DNA of 64,000 bases from positions 27,972 to 91,971 of the IMG/VR virus record IMGVR_UViG_3300034280_001042; one strand, 5' to 3'. The DNA comes from a virus. A model generated the notes under the pieces. The model saw only the letters and a program-made list of their open reading frames with translations, had not been told where the DNA came from and did no database searches. Below are positions 38,901 through 48,696 of the stretch, piece after piece; position 1 is the first letter of the stretch, and every line of letters starts with the position of its first letter. The translations under genes were made by a program, and so were the position numbers.

Positions 38901-40538
38901 CTTTTTCTTAACATTTGTTGTTTCTGCCATTACGATATTAATTGTAAAATCTTGAAAAACTTCTTTACCAATATCCGATAATGGCAATACTTTAATTTCG
39001 TTAGATTTATTTAAAGATATTTGGCTCTCTGTGTCGCTAATAATGCTTTTAATTTTAATGTCACTTAGTTCTATAGTAGTATTATTAAATACAGTGGTTG
39101 GTCTAGGTTTAGGAGACATAGCAGGATATATAGCGGTTCCAACCAAAGACTTGTCACAAAAATGTTTAGCTATCTGAGAAATATAAACACTATCTCCATT
39201 TGGTAATAGGTTTTTATATCTTAGAAAAGTATCTCCAGAAAGTTTTAACGTAGCACCATATTTGTTTATTAGTTTTTTCAATAGCTGACTTTTCGTATAT
39301 ATTATATTGTCTGTAGTAGTTTTGTATGAAATAGGATTTCCTAAATTGACAGCTTTGCCCGTATTGTCTGTATATGTTTGTAAAAATTTATGGATATTAA
39401 CAACTACATTCTTTAAGTCTAAAATTTCGTTAGTAATAGTATTTGCTCCATTACCATTAATATAATTATCTATATATGTTCTGATCTCTGGCATATTTAA
39501 CGAATTAATACCAAAATCAGTCATAAGAGGACTGGTACTTAATATGAAAGATATTTTTTTTACTAATCTTGCTTTTTTAAGATTCATTCCTCTGTCTAGT
39601 CTACGTATTTCATTTGCTGTGACAATATTATATATCTGAGTATATGTGCTATATAAAGCAGGAGAAAGATAAGATTTAGAAATTATATTTTTTGATAATT
39701 GTTCTTGCTGTCTGTCTTGTTCATTTTCGAAATATGAAAAAAAATCACCATTACTAACCCACAACAATGTTTTGTCTGGACCTCCGAATATAGAATTAGA
39801 AGACGAACTAATGTCTGTAGAAGATAAATAGAAAACAGGGTTTGATCCCAAATCAGATACTTTAACTAATGATACTGAATCGAAGGAAATATCTAACAAA
39901 TCTGTGATGGTGGTGGAAGATTTGATAAGCTCATTATCTTTATCTACTCGATATAAAGTATTATTATCTAATTTAATTAACGGAATATTATTTAATGCTC
40001 CGCTATTTGTTTGCAGTCTTGCTCCAATAGGAAACTTGTCAATCGAACCAGCGTTTCCTAAAAAATCAACAGAAGTATTAGGTATAGTTTTGACCCAACC
40101 AAGTAGTCCATACTGTAAAGAATAAGGAAAATAAACCTGATTGAGTATCCAGTCAACAGTCATCAAAGAGGAGTCTGTAGTAAGCCAATTTTGAAATTGG
40201 GGTTTGAATGTTATGAAGTCTTCGATACCTAGTCTAGCACTGGTAAGTGCTGGATTTGCATTCTTTATAGCTCCATCAGCCGACAGCTGTTTAGTAGAAA
40301 TGAAAGTATCATCTGTAATAAATATGGGATACCAGACATTGGCAATAGAGGATTGGCCCAAGCTAGTATTCTTAAGAGAAACTAAATCAGCATCTCTCAT
40401 TGCAACTCTAGCAATTTGTCCATCGACATATTTAATATACGGTCCAGAACTATCCTCTTCAATAGAATGTCCTATTAAATCGTCTATCAAAAACTTATCA
40501 AAGATTTCACAATTGTCTACAGTATTAATTAATGTCAT
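32910..40538 (-). CDS. Very large (2542 aa) virion tail-tip/baseplate protein with PKD-like and P-domain-like segments
   Basis: WEQIGGP...TGEYKIQCTVS (PKD-like); IQDLEVKLNF...NLVIWL...FTLNI...SWEIIL (proprotein-convertase P-domain-like); tail-module context. Confidence 0.6.
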   Translation of the reverse strand: MTLINTVDNCEIFDKFLIDDLIGHSIEEDSSGPYIKYVDGQIARVAMRDADLVSLKNTSLGQSSIANVWYPIFITDDTFISTKQLSADGAIKNANPALTSARLGIEDFITFKPQFQNWLTTDSSLMTVDWILNQVYFPYSLQYGLLGWVKTIPNTSVDFLGNAGSIDKFPIGARLQTNSGALNNIPLIKLDNNTLYRVDKDNELIKSSTTITDLLDISFDSVSLVKVSDLGSNPVFYLSSTDISSSSNSIFGGPDKTLLWVSNGDFFSYFENEQDRQQEQLSKNIISKSYLSPALYSTYTQIYNIVTANEIRRLDRGMNLKKARLVKKISFILSTSPLMTDFGINSLNMPEIRTYIDNYINGNGANTITNEILDLKNVVVNIHKFLQTYTDNTGKAVNLGNPISYKTTTDNIIYTKSQLLKKLINKYGATLKLSGDTFLRYKNLLPNGDSVYISQIAKHFCDKSLVGTAIYPAMSPKPRPTTVFNNTTIELSDIKIKSIISDTESQISLNKSNEIKVLPLSDIGKEVFQDFTINIVMAETTNVKKKYRQDNQDGVTINRYVANNYIFETEKIAITNNDGSINDTRIKFAAINISSFLESKVSAYWEQIGGPCLKFSDSNKTAETLSGKPNLLFEQARYDSSTQLDPFVYLRDTGEYKIQCTVSTPNGTFVKKKTFYVVNGTQKDPDRKLSTIPSYGKYAPEGTIYNAGIGQFCYPENPNIPVEGLSPGPINTIEAQPILITSDHLKIICSSLSEIAVHKSGLFWPMKTLYKYTTINGEFTLEGTAKFSFGSSVPDTGVGNKNSQLNIAYNTNNTTIKLFKVVLKNTRNNTDCGQCLSFFYPNSYSTSAIIPGTRPLERRAVVLRGEKIPDGITLKKITWNSQTNQISNTTEFVNFGYPPISTLNAPPIKTYGGYSRGIINDIGVVIPDHVRPPLNAAEFFPAGVAAVPNILPVVTGYKLDYKADSIPGQPINNSIKLCYQQATTQTDSYIEFHKGVFHPSSGWIQAPSEEFNTHANLSSVLKFNPGARESFSFTGPGLINLKSTYNSNFENIPNVYKSSIKLNIASPIHWDPFKSNCVPVDPEDLKEHEKNNQINKELADQYSGGSTYLHHGYRYLNGGLPKTAELGISTNSEVVDEFGFEANKASCQPGESLTNINSATYTYSFAVTGPSNPIGSDKGLRNPRINTLNIQDLEVKLNFLNYVNTKNLVIWLDVSPSAESRKQLAQSKSGKAQCPITRADGFIDKKFPNGLYGKPNFYSHCGESVKTTIPNTGVAEYLSDLIDMNSTYTWVEPLRLYLLNKEHIQNNKFNMSIKFSDHASKYNVPFDQNSLTSEGIGLQQNIINDNYEIQPTIASTGYSDISSVLYQNIIRNNQLNVVNNHFAKFKNRSLFINPPAEDDKSCPIHPTYDSSTVFTLNIMVLDDYDEMKLYDMVNNNSLLTGYDTPDVKQRSAEIFNSLCSWEIILHTDKTRKYVASKGGDLDAYGNTDPLALIEYGKEPRYPGYGFIADMSNKKHLLPNVNLNAPYVYINDSSLCDFADPDNRPKASMIRPPTFPTDAILNIMVGTTSGFASGGGGLIGATMGFGASYSSGFNQIMEYFASNRLYNNITEKARFAYAPRYSNFPFGSPEKILLNVSKDGGIWYKLEASVFKYKNTPVLEHNKYKFVKLGRGTMPGLSEFAMESVTDVGQLLDNNMFINISLGELDLINAQEGTESNVSYLASKIKDIDKISSLADGTLFQLTCTVPLAQDYLGGFYIKDNDTIYRITKSGSRDSDLPLEPGRLVSSNKILSHNNILSYKTNIFNSPLNNLVLLEGKIPFYVFGVSDTVNIYNESTRDSTDPVSVIINQKGLIIKDNRYYTVLELSASINTNNLISHVSNSDTIVVFKPQTTKITEQPINVWGLEKEQIHQTVPDTQFSTTGLGAYGNGSPFKNKEILTYKLQKNQLKTIYELFNNHINDRFKFNNMTIFTESLTEDGQTTTTVTPIENNNGALGYACSLKDIKNIFLNGGFKFIRHPNMTDAQYETLLEALTNTVADIPDTAMQIIFIKCPHLASEELSSVRYGEIIFDEDYIQAAPTNHLDQETITTVVTRLNSLESNNIDITSEIGKPARTSNIINVGSISDLENHYNSLEEDPLSCYQKSNSSNRSSCYKRLTKQAILNRYKERNDLIRLLQNQTTRTTDADGNVTYTAKTSNSSILPYTRVSVTPANQNSNNTVGEGSLSITYEDISDNYYWINIDPKQSCSIAEEDCPKILIKTQYVCGYANAASGPLDNNICPGNMLAGGQIPVSGGAVSLGAGSIPGGLFGSDMRITYEIPQVTIDKQKQEYETKYPNIKWKTNHIVERTFFVNDDFAAGTQDLVVRATETYLLAVPCHIKTDNNPIPTSCYKNDGSADVSKGLAGPFGSRQNTLTRVYNIFNLDDQNTLKVRFRKVPRQVRSIDYYTTVYKYGSAGTEFRPNSSFESPPELNIGQSLNNYFYVWQCLQKDQNNQLQYSTTPDFLKLQNEMLYRAFFGSVDGIENKTDELKSLSPWELIPYEYDI

Positions 40539-43500
40539 TGTTTAACCGTTGTTAATGTCCATTGTCCACGCAAAAACGTAAACATTCCCTTTTGTCCTTG
40601 AGTATAAGAAAATTCTAATGGGTTTACAAAAGATGCTAAAAATGTTGGAGCTGATCCAGCCCTATTACCTTGCGCATAATCCATATTAATTTGTGCCTTA
40701 TCTCCCACATCAATAGTTCCTTGTGCTATTACTGCTGGTTTGCTAACAGGTTCATAAAAACCTCCATCAGTATCATATCTACATAATAATTTTATACCTC
40801 TGGGTGCAGTGTATCCTGTTTTATCTTTTACATAAACTAATCTTCTATATCCTTTAGGTAAAGGTTCTTTGCTGTATTCTATATCGTCTAAAAATCCTCT
40901 TGCAGGGTATGTTTCATCAAAATCATTCTCTTTTGTTAAATCTTCTTCTAATGTAATATAAACCATCTTATATGGACTACTACCAGAATTAATAGTCCAA
41001 ACTTTTCTAGATTCATCCCATCTCAAGTCGATTGGTCCCACGGGCCATAAATCTGGACGTTCTGCCCAGTTCAAATAAAATTGCTTAGATCTCTCTTTTT
41101 TGACCCATTTACTACCATTGTGTTCATATTGTTTAGTTATAATATCTCCCAAATTTTTATAGGCATCCACACCAGGGGTGGCTGGTGTAGAATCTAAATC
41201 GTTCTGAATTTTAATTTTAGTTACAGCCAAATCATCTGCTGGAAAAATCCAGTTATTATTAGCATCTAATATTTGTATACTTGGTCTTTTGGTAAAATAA
41301 ACCAGATCTTTATTCTCAGCTGGTCGTGTTAAAACAAAGGTGTCTCCATTTTTAAGTTTATTATATTGTACTGTAGACGTTTCATATTCTATCCTAATAT
41401 TGAATCTTGCAGCTCTGCCGTATTCGTCTTGTATTCTTGGTTCGTCACTAGCGTTTGGAGTAGGATATCCTTGAGTATCATATCCCCACCCGTGTAAAAC
41501 CATTGGTCCACGAATACCAAAAAATCTTTGATTCATTACGTAGTTAAAATTATCCTTATTTACTCTATCATGATTAGCTAATATATCATAGGGATAATAA
41601 TCAATATTTACTCCGCTATTATTAACAGAATTAGCAATTAAGTCGCCGGTGGTGGGATCATAATAAGTTTTAAGATTATTGTTGAGATTCACCCCCTGAG
41701 TACCTAGAGGCGGAACATTGCCTCTACCAACAACCTCAATACAATGTCTACATCTATCCACATTCGTTCCACTATTTTGCACATTAAAGTTTCTAAAGTC
41801 TCCTTGTGGAACCACAATAGGTTGTAGTGAGATCAAATTAATAGGAATATCTAATCCTGCTTTTTTAGATGTGTCTACGTTACTAGAAGAACTAGAAGAA
41901 CTAATCGTACTAGAAGATTTATTAAATTCTAAGATAGTATTAAAATCATTACTATTTGTAATAATATATGGAGGTAATGATTCAGATGTGCTTACACTTA
42001 CTGTTGAAGCTGAGCCTATAGCGTCTTTCTTAATAGAGCAGTGTGGGCAAGAATATTCTTTAGTTTCTTTAGTTCTTGTTGAATAGTTATATACAGGAAT
42101 ATTTAAAACTCCAGTACCTTTGCACTCTGGACATTGTTTTCTAAAATATTTTAGTAAACTATAAGTTGATAAAAATTTAGATGGATAAAAAGATATGGGG
42201 GAAAAAATACCATCTAAACTCATCATAGATTTTAGATTATATTGATTTTTTATTTCTGGCAAAGCTTCTTTGTCTGTAAATGCACCAACATAAGTTCTCC
42301 ATCTAGCGTCTTTCATTAGACCAGCAATAGGCTGTGATTCAAAACTCGTTCTTATATTCGTCTCTCCAAGATCTTGTCCCAATTTGAGTTGAGTGGCCAG
42401 TTGATTTGTTGTAGAACTGCCACCGGCCATATTATTTACTACGGATTTGTAGTTTAATGCAGGATATGCAAATGGCCCGGCTGTTCCTATTAGAAGATTT
42501 CCTGGGCTAGTACCAAAAAATCCACTCTGAAATTTTTCAGCATTAAAATTTTGACTAAATTTTTCAGTTGAATTTTTAAGTAGCTCTTGATTAGTTTTCA
42601 AAATAAATGAGTTTCTAATACTTGCAAACTCTTTATTTGTTTTAATAGCATTTAGACCATTAGCCTTTAGTCTATCTGTATTCTCTTTATTGAAAAAACC
42701 TAGTCTTTGCACATAGGTTCTAAAACTATATGTAGTGCCAACATTCTGTGGAGAGATATTGCACTGTATGCTACTAATTATAGGAGCAACAGTATTGTCA
42801 TTAGTTCTCTTTAATGTAATAATGTTATATGTTAAATCTGTTGAACCAAGTGTTGGCTCATCTACAGCGGGGTTATAAACAGGAATACCAACACGAGGTA
42901 ATCCTTCTGTTAGAGGTGGAGTAAGAGATAAATCTTTATATTTTAAGACTACCTGTTCTACAGTATAAAATTGACCATTATAGGATATTGAGTTTTCGGG
43001 TCTGGTGTCCGCATTGTATTCGAAGGATGAACCAAGTCCAAAAATTGGCAGACCAGGGATACTTAAAGTAGCAGTTTCTATAATTTGTTGATATTGTATT
43101 TCAGAATACATTTGATTTAGTACTGCTTGGTCCAAAAAAGCCATACCTCCATAAGACCATGGAGCAAAATTTTCTTCCATTTCAACTTTAATTCCACCTA
43201 TTAAATTCTCTACAGCATTAGCAGAATGCGAATCTGATACAGCATCTGGGAAAATTATATTTTTATCTAAATCTAGATAGTTTACCCAAGGACCATAACA
43301 TGCTTGATTTAGTTTGACAGGAACTGCGGCAAAATATGGGTGCGCCACCTTTTCTGCCATAGTATGAAATTGACTACTATTATTGCTACTTTTAAAAGAT
43401 AATAACTCTGAATTGCCTCTTATTTTAGAAATTCTGTATAACATAGTAGTAGCTAATTCATCGTCTAACGTATGAAGAGCGTCTTGCTTTAAATAAGTTG

Positions 43501-46500
43501 TTAAATCTTCCATAGCGGCTGTCGCTACAACAGTTAAATTAGGATCGTTTTCATATAGTTTACTAGCTGTTCTAAGTTTGATTTCTTTTCCTATGGTCAT
43601 AATTGCCATAGGATCTCGTAAATTTACAGGATCAAGAAAAGCTAATCTTGGTTCTACTGTGGCAGTATGGTATATTCGACGAGAACTATTTGGATTGGAT
43701 CTCAGATTACCAAAAGCATCTGGATGAGTAACGGGACTATTTTTGATAACATAGTCTTCTGTACCCAAACTTGATATATCTATAGAAGGATACATAAAAT
43801 TATAGGGATCTGAACACTGTCCTGATTTGGCTATTTCAATAGTATTTAAATAATCGTATTGATCATAACCTAATGATGTTAAGGTTGCGGAATCTAGGTT
43901 GCACAAGGCATGATTTAAAGCATCAAAAGAATCCGAAGCATTAAAACCTAAAATAGGTTTAATTTTTCCTTCATCATCAGTTAATAAATACCAATCAGGA
44001 CTACCAACAACAATATTGTCATCAATAATATTACCGAATTCTTCCCAAGCGCCATCTGTTGCTGGTTCGTAGCTATAAAATATTTTACCAGTACCATGGT
44101 AAGCATACATATTGGTTTGGTCAGGAACAGCGATATTTGAATATTGTTGATCTTTATAAGAGGCTACAGACGGCATTCTAACTAAATATTTTTTTCCGTA
44201 ATGATTTTGTGCAATGGACTGAACTAGTTTGAATAGTTGATAAAAATCTTTCAAAAAATCAGGATTCAAAAACAAATTCATGTTTATGTTTAATGTAAAC
44301 GGGGCTGGGGTTGGTGGAGCTGATTGTCCTGCTTCGCCAGCGGCGTTGCCTGGAGGCCCATGCATGTCGAATAAGACTTCGTCACCAACAACAAATCTAG
44401 CAGAGTTAGCATAAGCTTTAAATAGCATTGTATATAAATTTGGTTTATATATTTTGCCAACACAATACGTTAAATAACTATCAAAACTACTCAAACAAGC
44501 TCTCATTTCTGATTCTGTGATAGTAAATAAAGAAGATGGACTAGAAATAGTACTAAATGGTGATGTCAAACTAACAGATAGTGTTTTTGGCAACTCAGAT
44601 AACTCCATTAATACAACAATTTGTCCTGTCCAAGAATCCATCCATACTGGTCGAATCTTTTTAAAAACATTATTAGTAGTATTATCGGTGTTAATCGTGA
44701 CATTCTCTTCCATCTTGTATCCAAAAAACGGACTAATAATATCTTTATATAGAGGAAAGAATCTTCCTGGCATTACCTGTTCTACAACTGTTTTTGTAAA
44801 TGCTTGGGTTTTTTTATAATTTCCTGAAAATTTTATATTATCAGCCAGATTAGTATCTGACCAGAGTGAGTCTGGAGTATTAAAATCTGAATTACTATTA
44901 ATGGTTTTATGAATATCTTGATCTATATTAAACAAACTAGCATATTTACTATTTATCTTAGAAGTAAAAGCAAAATTTCTGGTAGAGAGAGCACTAGGGA
45001 CACGAATTTTACCCAATTGACCGGCATTAGCCTGCCCTGCAACATTACCATAATATTCTACAAAGGTTTTTGATATGGAATCATAAACATAATTAGATTG
45101 AGAAAAAGCTAGTCTGTAAGATTTAGCTTGATATAAACGCTGTTGTTTTGGCCCAATATACATTGTTCTAGATACATTTGTATTTTTTTCTTTACCTATT
45201 CTGGAAGAAGAGATATTATAACTGTTCTCTTCAAAAGTCTTTATTGTTTTCTCTATTTGTTTTGGGTCTGGTTGAGAGCTTCTAAAAATAGTTCTAATTT
45301 TTAGAACATTATACGCAACACCACTAATTGTTGCCGGAATGACGTCAAAATAAAAATCTACACCAGAAGCAGTTGTGATGCTCTGAATCAATTGCATTAT
45401 GCTAATTGTGGGTTCTGAAATTCTAAAATCTAATGGAACCTTAGGTAACTCAGATAGATCTAGAGCAAAATGACATCTTTCTACACTTAAACCATCATAT
45501 GTAACTGGTAGGAATCCCATACCATAGGTGTTTGTAAAAGTTGGTTGAACTCTAGTATATGTTTCATTTTCTTGGGGGACTTTTAATAGTATTCTGCCAA
45601 ATGGAGAAAATGCTCTTTTGTTCATACTATCCAAAGCCGAAGCCGGATCAGCTGTTGATGATACTGACGATGTTAATACGCTTAAAGCATCAACTATTAA
45701 TGAAGCACTAATGCCATTGTCGTTTCTTTGAGATCCTCCGAAATCTCTTAATCCCATAGATTCTAAAAATCCATAAACATTGAATACATTTGGGATATTT
45801 CCTTGTATTATTTTACCCTTATACGCTACGCTTCCTCCATCTATATGACTAGTTGGACCGCCGTAGGTATTAGATGCTAATTTACCGTATACTGCACCAG
45901 CGTACTTGTCAAGAATAATATAACACTGATCTAATATCCCGTCTACACTCTCAATAGTAACATCATAAGTTAAACCGCCATTGTCATAACTTCTTTCCCA
46001 AGATTGCACTAATCCAGTAAAAGAAAATTGACCTATTCTAAACATAACAGGAGTATTGATAATGTCAAAGCCTTTAGACGTACTATAATTAGATCTAGAA
46101 TAAACACCATCTGTAGTAAAACAGGTTTTGTTACCAAAAAATCCAGGATCTGGATCGTACCAATACTTAGAAACAAATCCACTCCCGTTCCAAGAATAAT
46201 AAACTTTTCCTGGTACTATTTTTTCTTTGGACTTTGAAAGATCATAGGCTTTACCAGTTTCGTCTATAAAACAATCCTCATTACTAGAGCAATCATGAAA
46301 GTGATTATCAGGATATGATGCTGCTTTAAATGGCGCTTTTTCGACACTATTATCAGATTTAATACAGTTGGTGTCCTCTACTAACTTAACGCTTAACTGA
46401 GAAGGTCTTCCTCCCCAAGCCATATTAACATTAAAGTCAGAAATACTAGCGCCTAAAAATAATGTTTGTGCCGCGATACTAGATTTTCCAGTCGAACATG

Positions 46501-46510
46501 TATTCGTCAT
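40535..46510 (-). CDS. Large (1991 aa) tail/baseplate hub-like protein with DnaJ-type Zn finger
   Basis: N-terminal FLGASISDFNV..AWG..PSQL.V.LVED and F.F.GLVQSW suggest a hub-like beta fold; CPECKGTG...CPHC. Confidence 0.6.
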   Translation of the reverse strand: MTNTCSTGKSSIAAQTLFLGASISDFNVNMAWGGRPSQLSVKLVEDTNCIKSDNSVEKAPFKAASYPDNHFHDCSSNEDCFIDETGKAYDLSKSKEKIVPGKVYYSWNGSGFVSKYWYDPDPGFFGNKTCFTTDGVYSRSNYSTSKGFDIINTPVMFRIGQFSFTGLVQSWERSYDNGGLTYDVTIESVDGILDQCYIILDKYAGAVYGKLASNTYGGPTSHIDGGSVAYKGKIIQGNIPNVFNVYGFLESMGLRDFGGSQRNDNGISASLIVDALSVLTSSVSSTADPASALDSMNKRAFSPFGRILLKVPQENETYTRVQPTFTNTYGMGFLPVTYDGLSVERCHFALDLSELPKVPLDFRISEPTISIMQLIQSITTASGVDFYFDVIPATISGVAYNVLKIRTIFRSSQPDPKQIEKTIKTFEENSYNISSSRIGKEKNTNVSRTMYIGPKQQRLYQAKSYRLAFSQSNYVYDSISKTFVEYYGNVAGQANAGQLGKIRVPSALSTRNFAFTSKINSKYASLFNIDQDIHKTINSNSDFNTPDSLWSDTNLADNIKFSGNYKKTQAFTKTVVEQVMPGRFFPLYKDIISPFFGYKMEENVTINTDNTTNNVFKKIRPVWMDSWTGQIVVLMELSELPKTLSVSLTSPFSTISSPSSLFTITESEMRACLSSFDSYLTYCVGKIYKPNLYTMLFKAYANSARFVVGDEVLFDMHGPPGNAAGEAGQSAPPTPAPFTLNINMNLFLNPDFLKDFYQLFKLVQSIAQNHYGKKYLVRMPSVASYKDQQYSNIAVPDQTNMYAYHGTGKIFYSYEPATDGAWEEFGNIIDDNIVVGSPDWYLLTDDEGKIKPILGFNASDSFDALNHALCNLDSATLTSLGYDQYDYLNTIEIAKSGQCSDPYNFMYPSIDISSLGTEDYVIKNSPVTHPDAFGNLRSNPNSSRRIYHTATVEPRLAFLDPVNLRDPMAIMTIGKEIKLRTASKLYENDPNLTVVATAAMEDLTTYLKQDALHTLDDELATTMLYRISKIRGNSELLSFKSSNNSSQFHTMAEKVAHPYFAAVPVKLNQACYGPWVNYLDLDKNIIFPDAVSDSHSANAVENLIGGIKVEMEENFAPWSYGGMAFLDQAVLNQMYSEIQYQQIIETATLSIPGLPIFGLGSSFEYNADTRPENSISYNGQFYTVEQVVLKYKDLSLTPPLTEGLPRVGIPVYNPAVDEPTLGSTDLTYNIITLKRTNDNTVAPIISSIQCNISPQNVGTTYSFRTYVQRLGFFNKENTDRLKANGLNAIKTNKEFASIRNSFILKTNQELLKNSTEKFSQNFNAEKFQSGFFGTSPGNLLIGTAGPFAYPALNYKSVVNNMAGGSSTTNQLATQLKLGQDLGETNIRTSFESQPIAGLMKDARWRTYVGAFTDKEALPEIKNQYNLKSMMSLDGIFSPISFYPSKFLSTYSLLKYFRKQCPECKGTGVLNIPVYNYSTRTKETKEYSCPHCSIKKDAIGSASTVSVSTSESLPPYIITNSNDFNTILEFNKSSSTISSSSSSSNVDTSKKAGLDIPINLISLQPIVVPQGDFRNFNVQNSGTNVDRCRHCIEVVGRGNVPPLGTQGVNLNNNLKTYYDPTTGDLIANSVNNSGVNIDYYPYDILANHDRVNKDNFNYVMNQRFFGIRGPMVLHGWGYDTQGYPTPNASDEPRIQDEYGRAARFNIRIEYETSTVQYNKLKNGDTFVLTRPAENKDLVYFTKRPSIQILDANNNWIFPADDLAVTKIKIQNDLDSTPATPGVDAYKNLGDIITKQYEHNGSKWVKKERSKQFYLNWAERPDLWPVGPIDLRWDESRKVWTINSGSSPYKMVYITLEEDLTKENDFDETYPARGFLDDIEYSKEPLPKGYRRLVYVKDKTGYTAPRGIKLLCRYDTDGGFYEPVSKPAVIAQGTIDVGDKAQINMDYAQGNRAGSAPTFLASFVNPLEFSYTQGQKGMFTFLRGQWTLTTVKQ

Positions 46511-46513
46511 AAA

Positions 46514-48454
46514 TTAATGGTCCAGATAGTTCGTTGAATTATCACATTGCTGGTAAACCCAAGAAACATTTCTACTATATCTTCCATCGCTAGGGTTCCA
46601 GCTTTGGTTGTCTTGACTAACAAAAACTTGTCCAGCTGCGCTGGTTCTCACAGTACCAAAATAATCTGCAGTGCGAGCGCCAAATGGTCTAAGAGCTTCT
46701 ATTAGATTATTAATCGATGTATAAATTGTTCCACCCGTATACATCGGACATCCACTTGAAGTCATAACCAAATTAGCTGCAGAAGAAGGAGGAACAACAG
46801 TAATATCAATAGATACGTCTTTACGAGCAGAGGTTTTAGCATTTAAAGACTGTAATATAGGTCCAAGTCTACGACCAATAATAAAAGATTCTCCGAATAC
46901 GTCGGCAGGACCAGTATCGTTTATGCCAATATTTTCAGATAAAACCCCACTAATCAAATTAAGTTTATTTGTATATTCTACACTATAACTGATCGTACCT
47001 TTTCTAGGATCATGACCTTCTGTTGTACTGGTTGGATTAGGGTTTAATAAATTTTCTTCGCAATAAAAAGGATTGTTGGGAGGGGTTCTTGTATTAGCGG
47101 GGTTTGTGTATATGTTTCCTGCTCTATCAGGAGATCTCATTGCCAAAGAAGCTCTTCTATAAGCATATGGTTTAATATCATATATCCATCCGCTTAAAGC
47201 ATTCTCATATTTATTTGGGTACATACTTGTAACGGTACTGTTAGATGATAAAAGATCTAAGACAGGATGTGTTGGCATAGAAGACGTGGTCAATAATTGA
47301 TTTCCACCAGACAAATTGATTTTACCACTAGAATCAGGAATAGTATATGAAGAGCTACCACTCATAACAGAAAAAGGAGTAATATTTAATCCTCTAATTT
47401 GTCCTTGTACTCTTACTGTTTTCATAAATTTTTCATCTGTTGAAGCGTCTATGCTGTAATCTTCAACATATGGTATACCAGACGGCATAGCTAACCAAGT
47501 GTCATTAATTTCATAACTACCCTCAGACACGCTAAAGTTAGTACTACGCAAATGATTGTATAAAAACATATTAGCTGTGCCCAAATCGGTGAGACTAGGA
47601 TTGCTATTATTTAAAAAAGAAGCCAACCCCGATGATGGACTAGATTGATAAAAAGCTGTAGAAAGTCTAAATTCTACCCACTTTTTAGCTTCTAAATAAG
47701 CCATATTAGATATTCCAACACCAGTACCACTAGGAATACCTACCGCGCTTACTCTATGAGAAATTCTATACTGAGGAATATTTACAATATTTAATGTATT
47801 AGTTGCAACAGGTCCTCCTCCATTATATCCTCCTGGAACAGGACTATTGTTAGATGGAGCAGCTGGTAGTAGTTTGGGATTATTGGTCTCGCCTTTTTGA
47901 GAGACGGTTTTACTAAAATTCACATATGTTGCTTCCTCTAAAGGTTCTATACTCCAACTATCATTAGTAGATTGAACATAGTAACCAGCAGAAAGTCCAC
48001 TAGGTTGATAATACTCTAAATTAATAGAATAGTCTGCTGTAAAGAGCCAATTATCATCGCTCTTATTAAAAGACATATCTAATACTTTGACACCACTAGC
48101 ATCAAAAAGAGTATTAGTTACACCACATTTGATCTGTAAATGTCCAAAATTGCTTTTAGAAAACAAATCTCTTAAGCCTATAATTCCACTCATTACTGGA
48201 CCAATACCAGAACCAGCAGGAATAACATGTGGGTCTACTCCATTTCTAACAATCTTGCCAGTAATATCGATTCTAGTTACATGTCCTTCTACGGCGCCAG
48301 CACCATTACGAAGAACACTATGTGAAATATCAACAAAAGGAACTGGTCCAGCTATTGTGTGTAAACCGCTATTGTTATAGATTACTTCTACTGGTCGGCT
48401 TCGAGATATTGCTAAGGTATCAAAAGTTTGATTTTGTGGTTGAAAATATACCAT
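46514..48454 (-). CDS. Putative tail/baseplate structural protein (646 aa)
   Basis: Beta-rich, S/T/N-rich; tail-module context. Confidence 0.55.
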   Translation of the reverse strand: MVYFQPQNQTFDTLAISRSRPVEVIYNNSGLHTIAGPVPFVDISHSVLRNGAGAVEGHVTRIDITGKIVRNGVDPHVIPAGSGIGPVMSGIIGLRDLFSKSNFGHLQIKCGVTNTLFDASGVKVLDMSFNKSDDNWLFTADYSINLEYYQPSGLSAGYYVQSTNDSWSIEPLEEATYVNFSKTVSQKGETNNPKLLPAAPSNNSPVPGGYNGGGPVATNTLNIVNIPQYRISHRVSAVGIPSGTGVGISNMAYLEAKKWVEFRLSTAFYQSSPSSGLASFLNNSNPSLTDLGTANMFLYNHLRSTNFSVSEGSYEINDTWLAMPSGIPYVEDYSIDASTDEKFMKTVRVQGQIRGLNITPFSVMSGSSSYTIPDSSGKINLSGGNQLLTTSSMPTHPVLDLLSSNSTVTSMYPNKYENALSGWIYDIKPYAYRRASLAMRSPDRAGNIYTNPANTRTPPNNPFYCEENLLNPNPTSTTEGHDPRKGTISYSVEYTNKLNLISGVLSENIGINDTGPADVFGESFIIGRRLGPILQSLNAKTSARKDVSIDITVVPPSSAANLVMTSSGCPMYTGGTIYTSINNLIEALRPFGARTADYFGTVRTSAAGQVFVSQDNQSWNPSDGRYSRNVSWVYQQCDNSTNYLDH

Positions 48455-48525
48455 TAACTGAGTCCTATGTTGATTGTTCTTTTATATAGTAAATAGCAGA
48501 ATAGCTAATTGCATTATAATAATTC

Positions 48526-48657
48526 CTAATTTTTAGTTGGAGTGGGAGTCGGCGTAATGGTAAGAGTAGGAGTTACTGTTGGAGTCACACTAGGGGTTGG
48601 TGTTGGAGTAACATCAAAATAACAACAATTAGAATTTATACTATTAGGTAATGCCAT
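48526..48657 (-). CDS. 43-aa Thr-Pro repeat micro-protein (not in the ORF track)
   Basis: MALPNSINSNCCYFDVTPTPTPSVTPTVTPTLTITPTPTPTKN*, with AAGGA upstream. Repeat codons vary synonymously, as expected for a coding sequence. Confidence 0.75.
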   Translation of the reverse strand: MALPNSINSNCCYFDVTPTPTPSVTPTVTPTLTITPTPTPTKN

Positions 48658-48696
48658 TATTGTTTATCCTTTAATGTCCTATCTTAGAATTAATAG

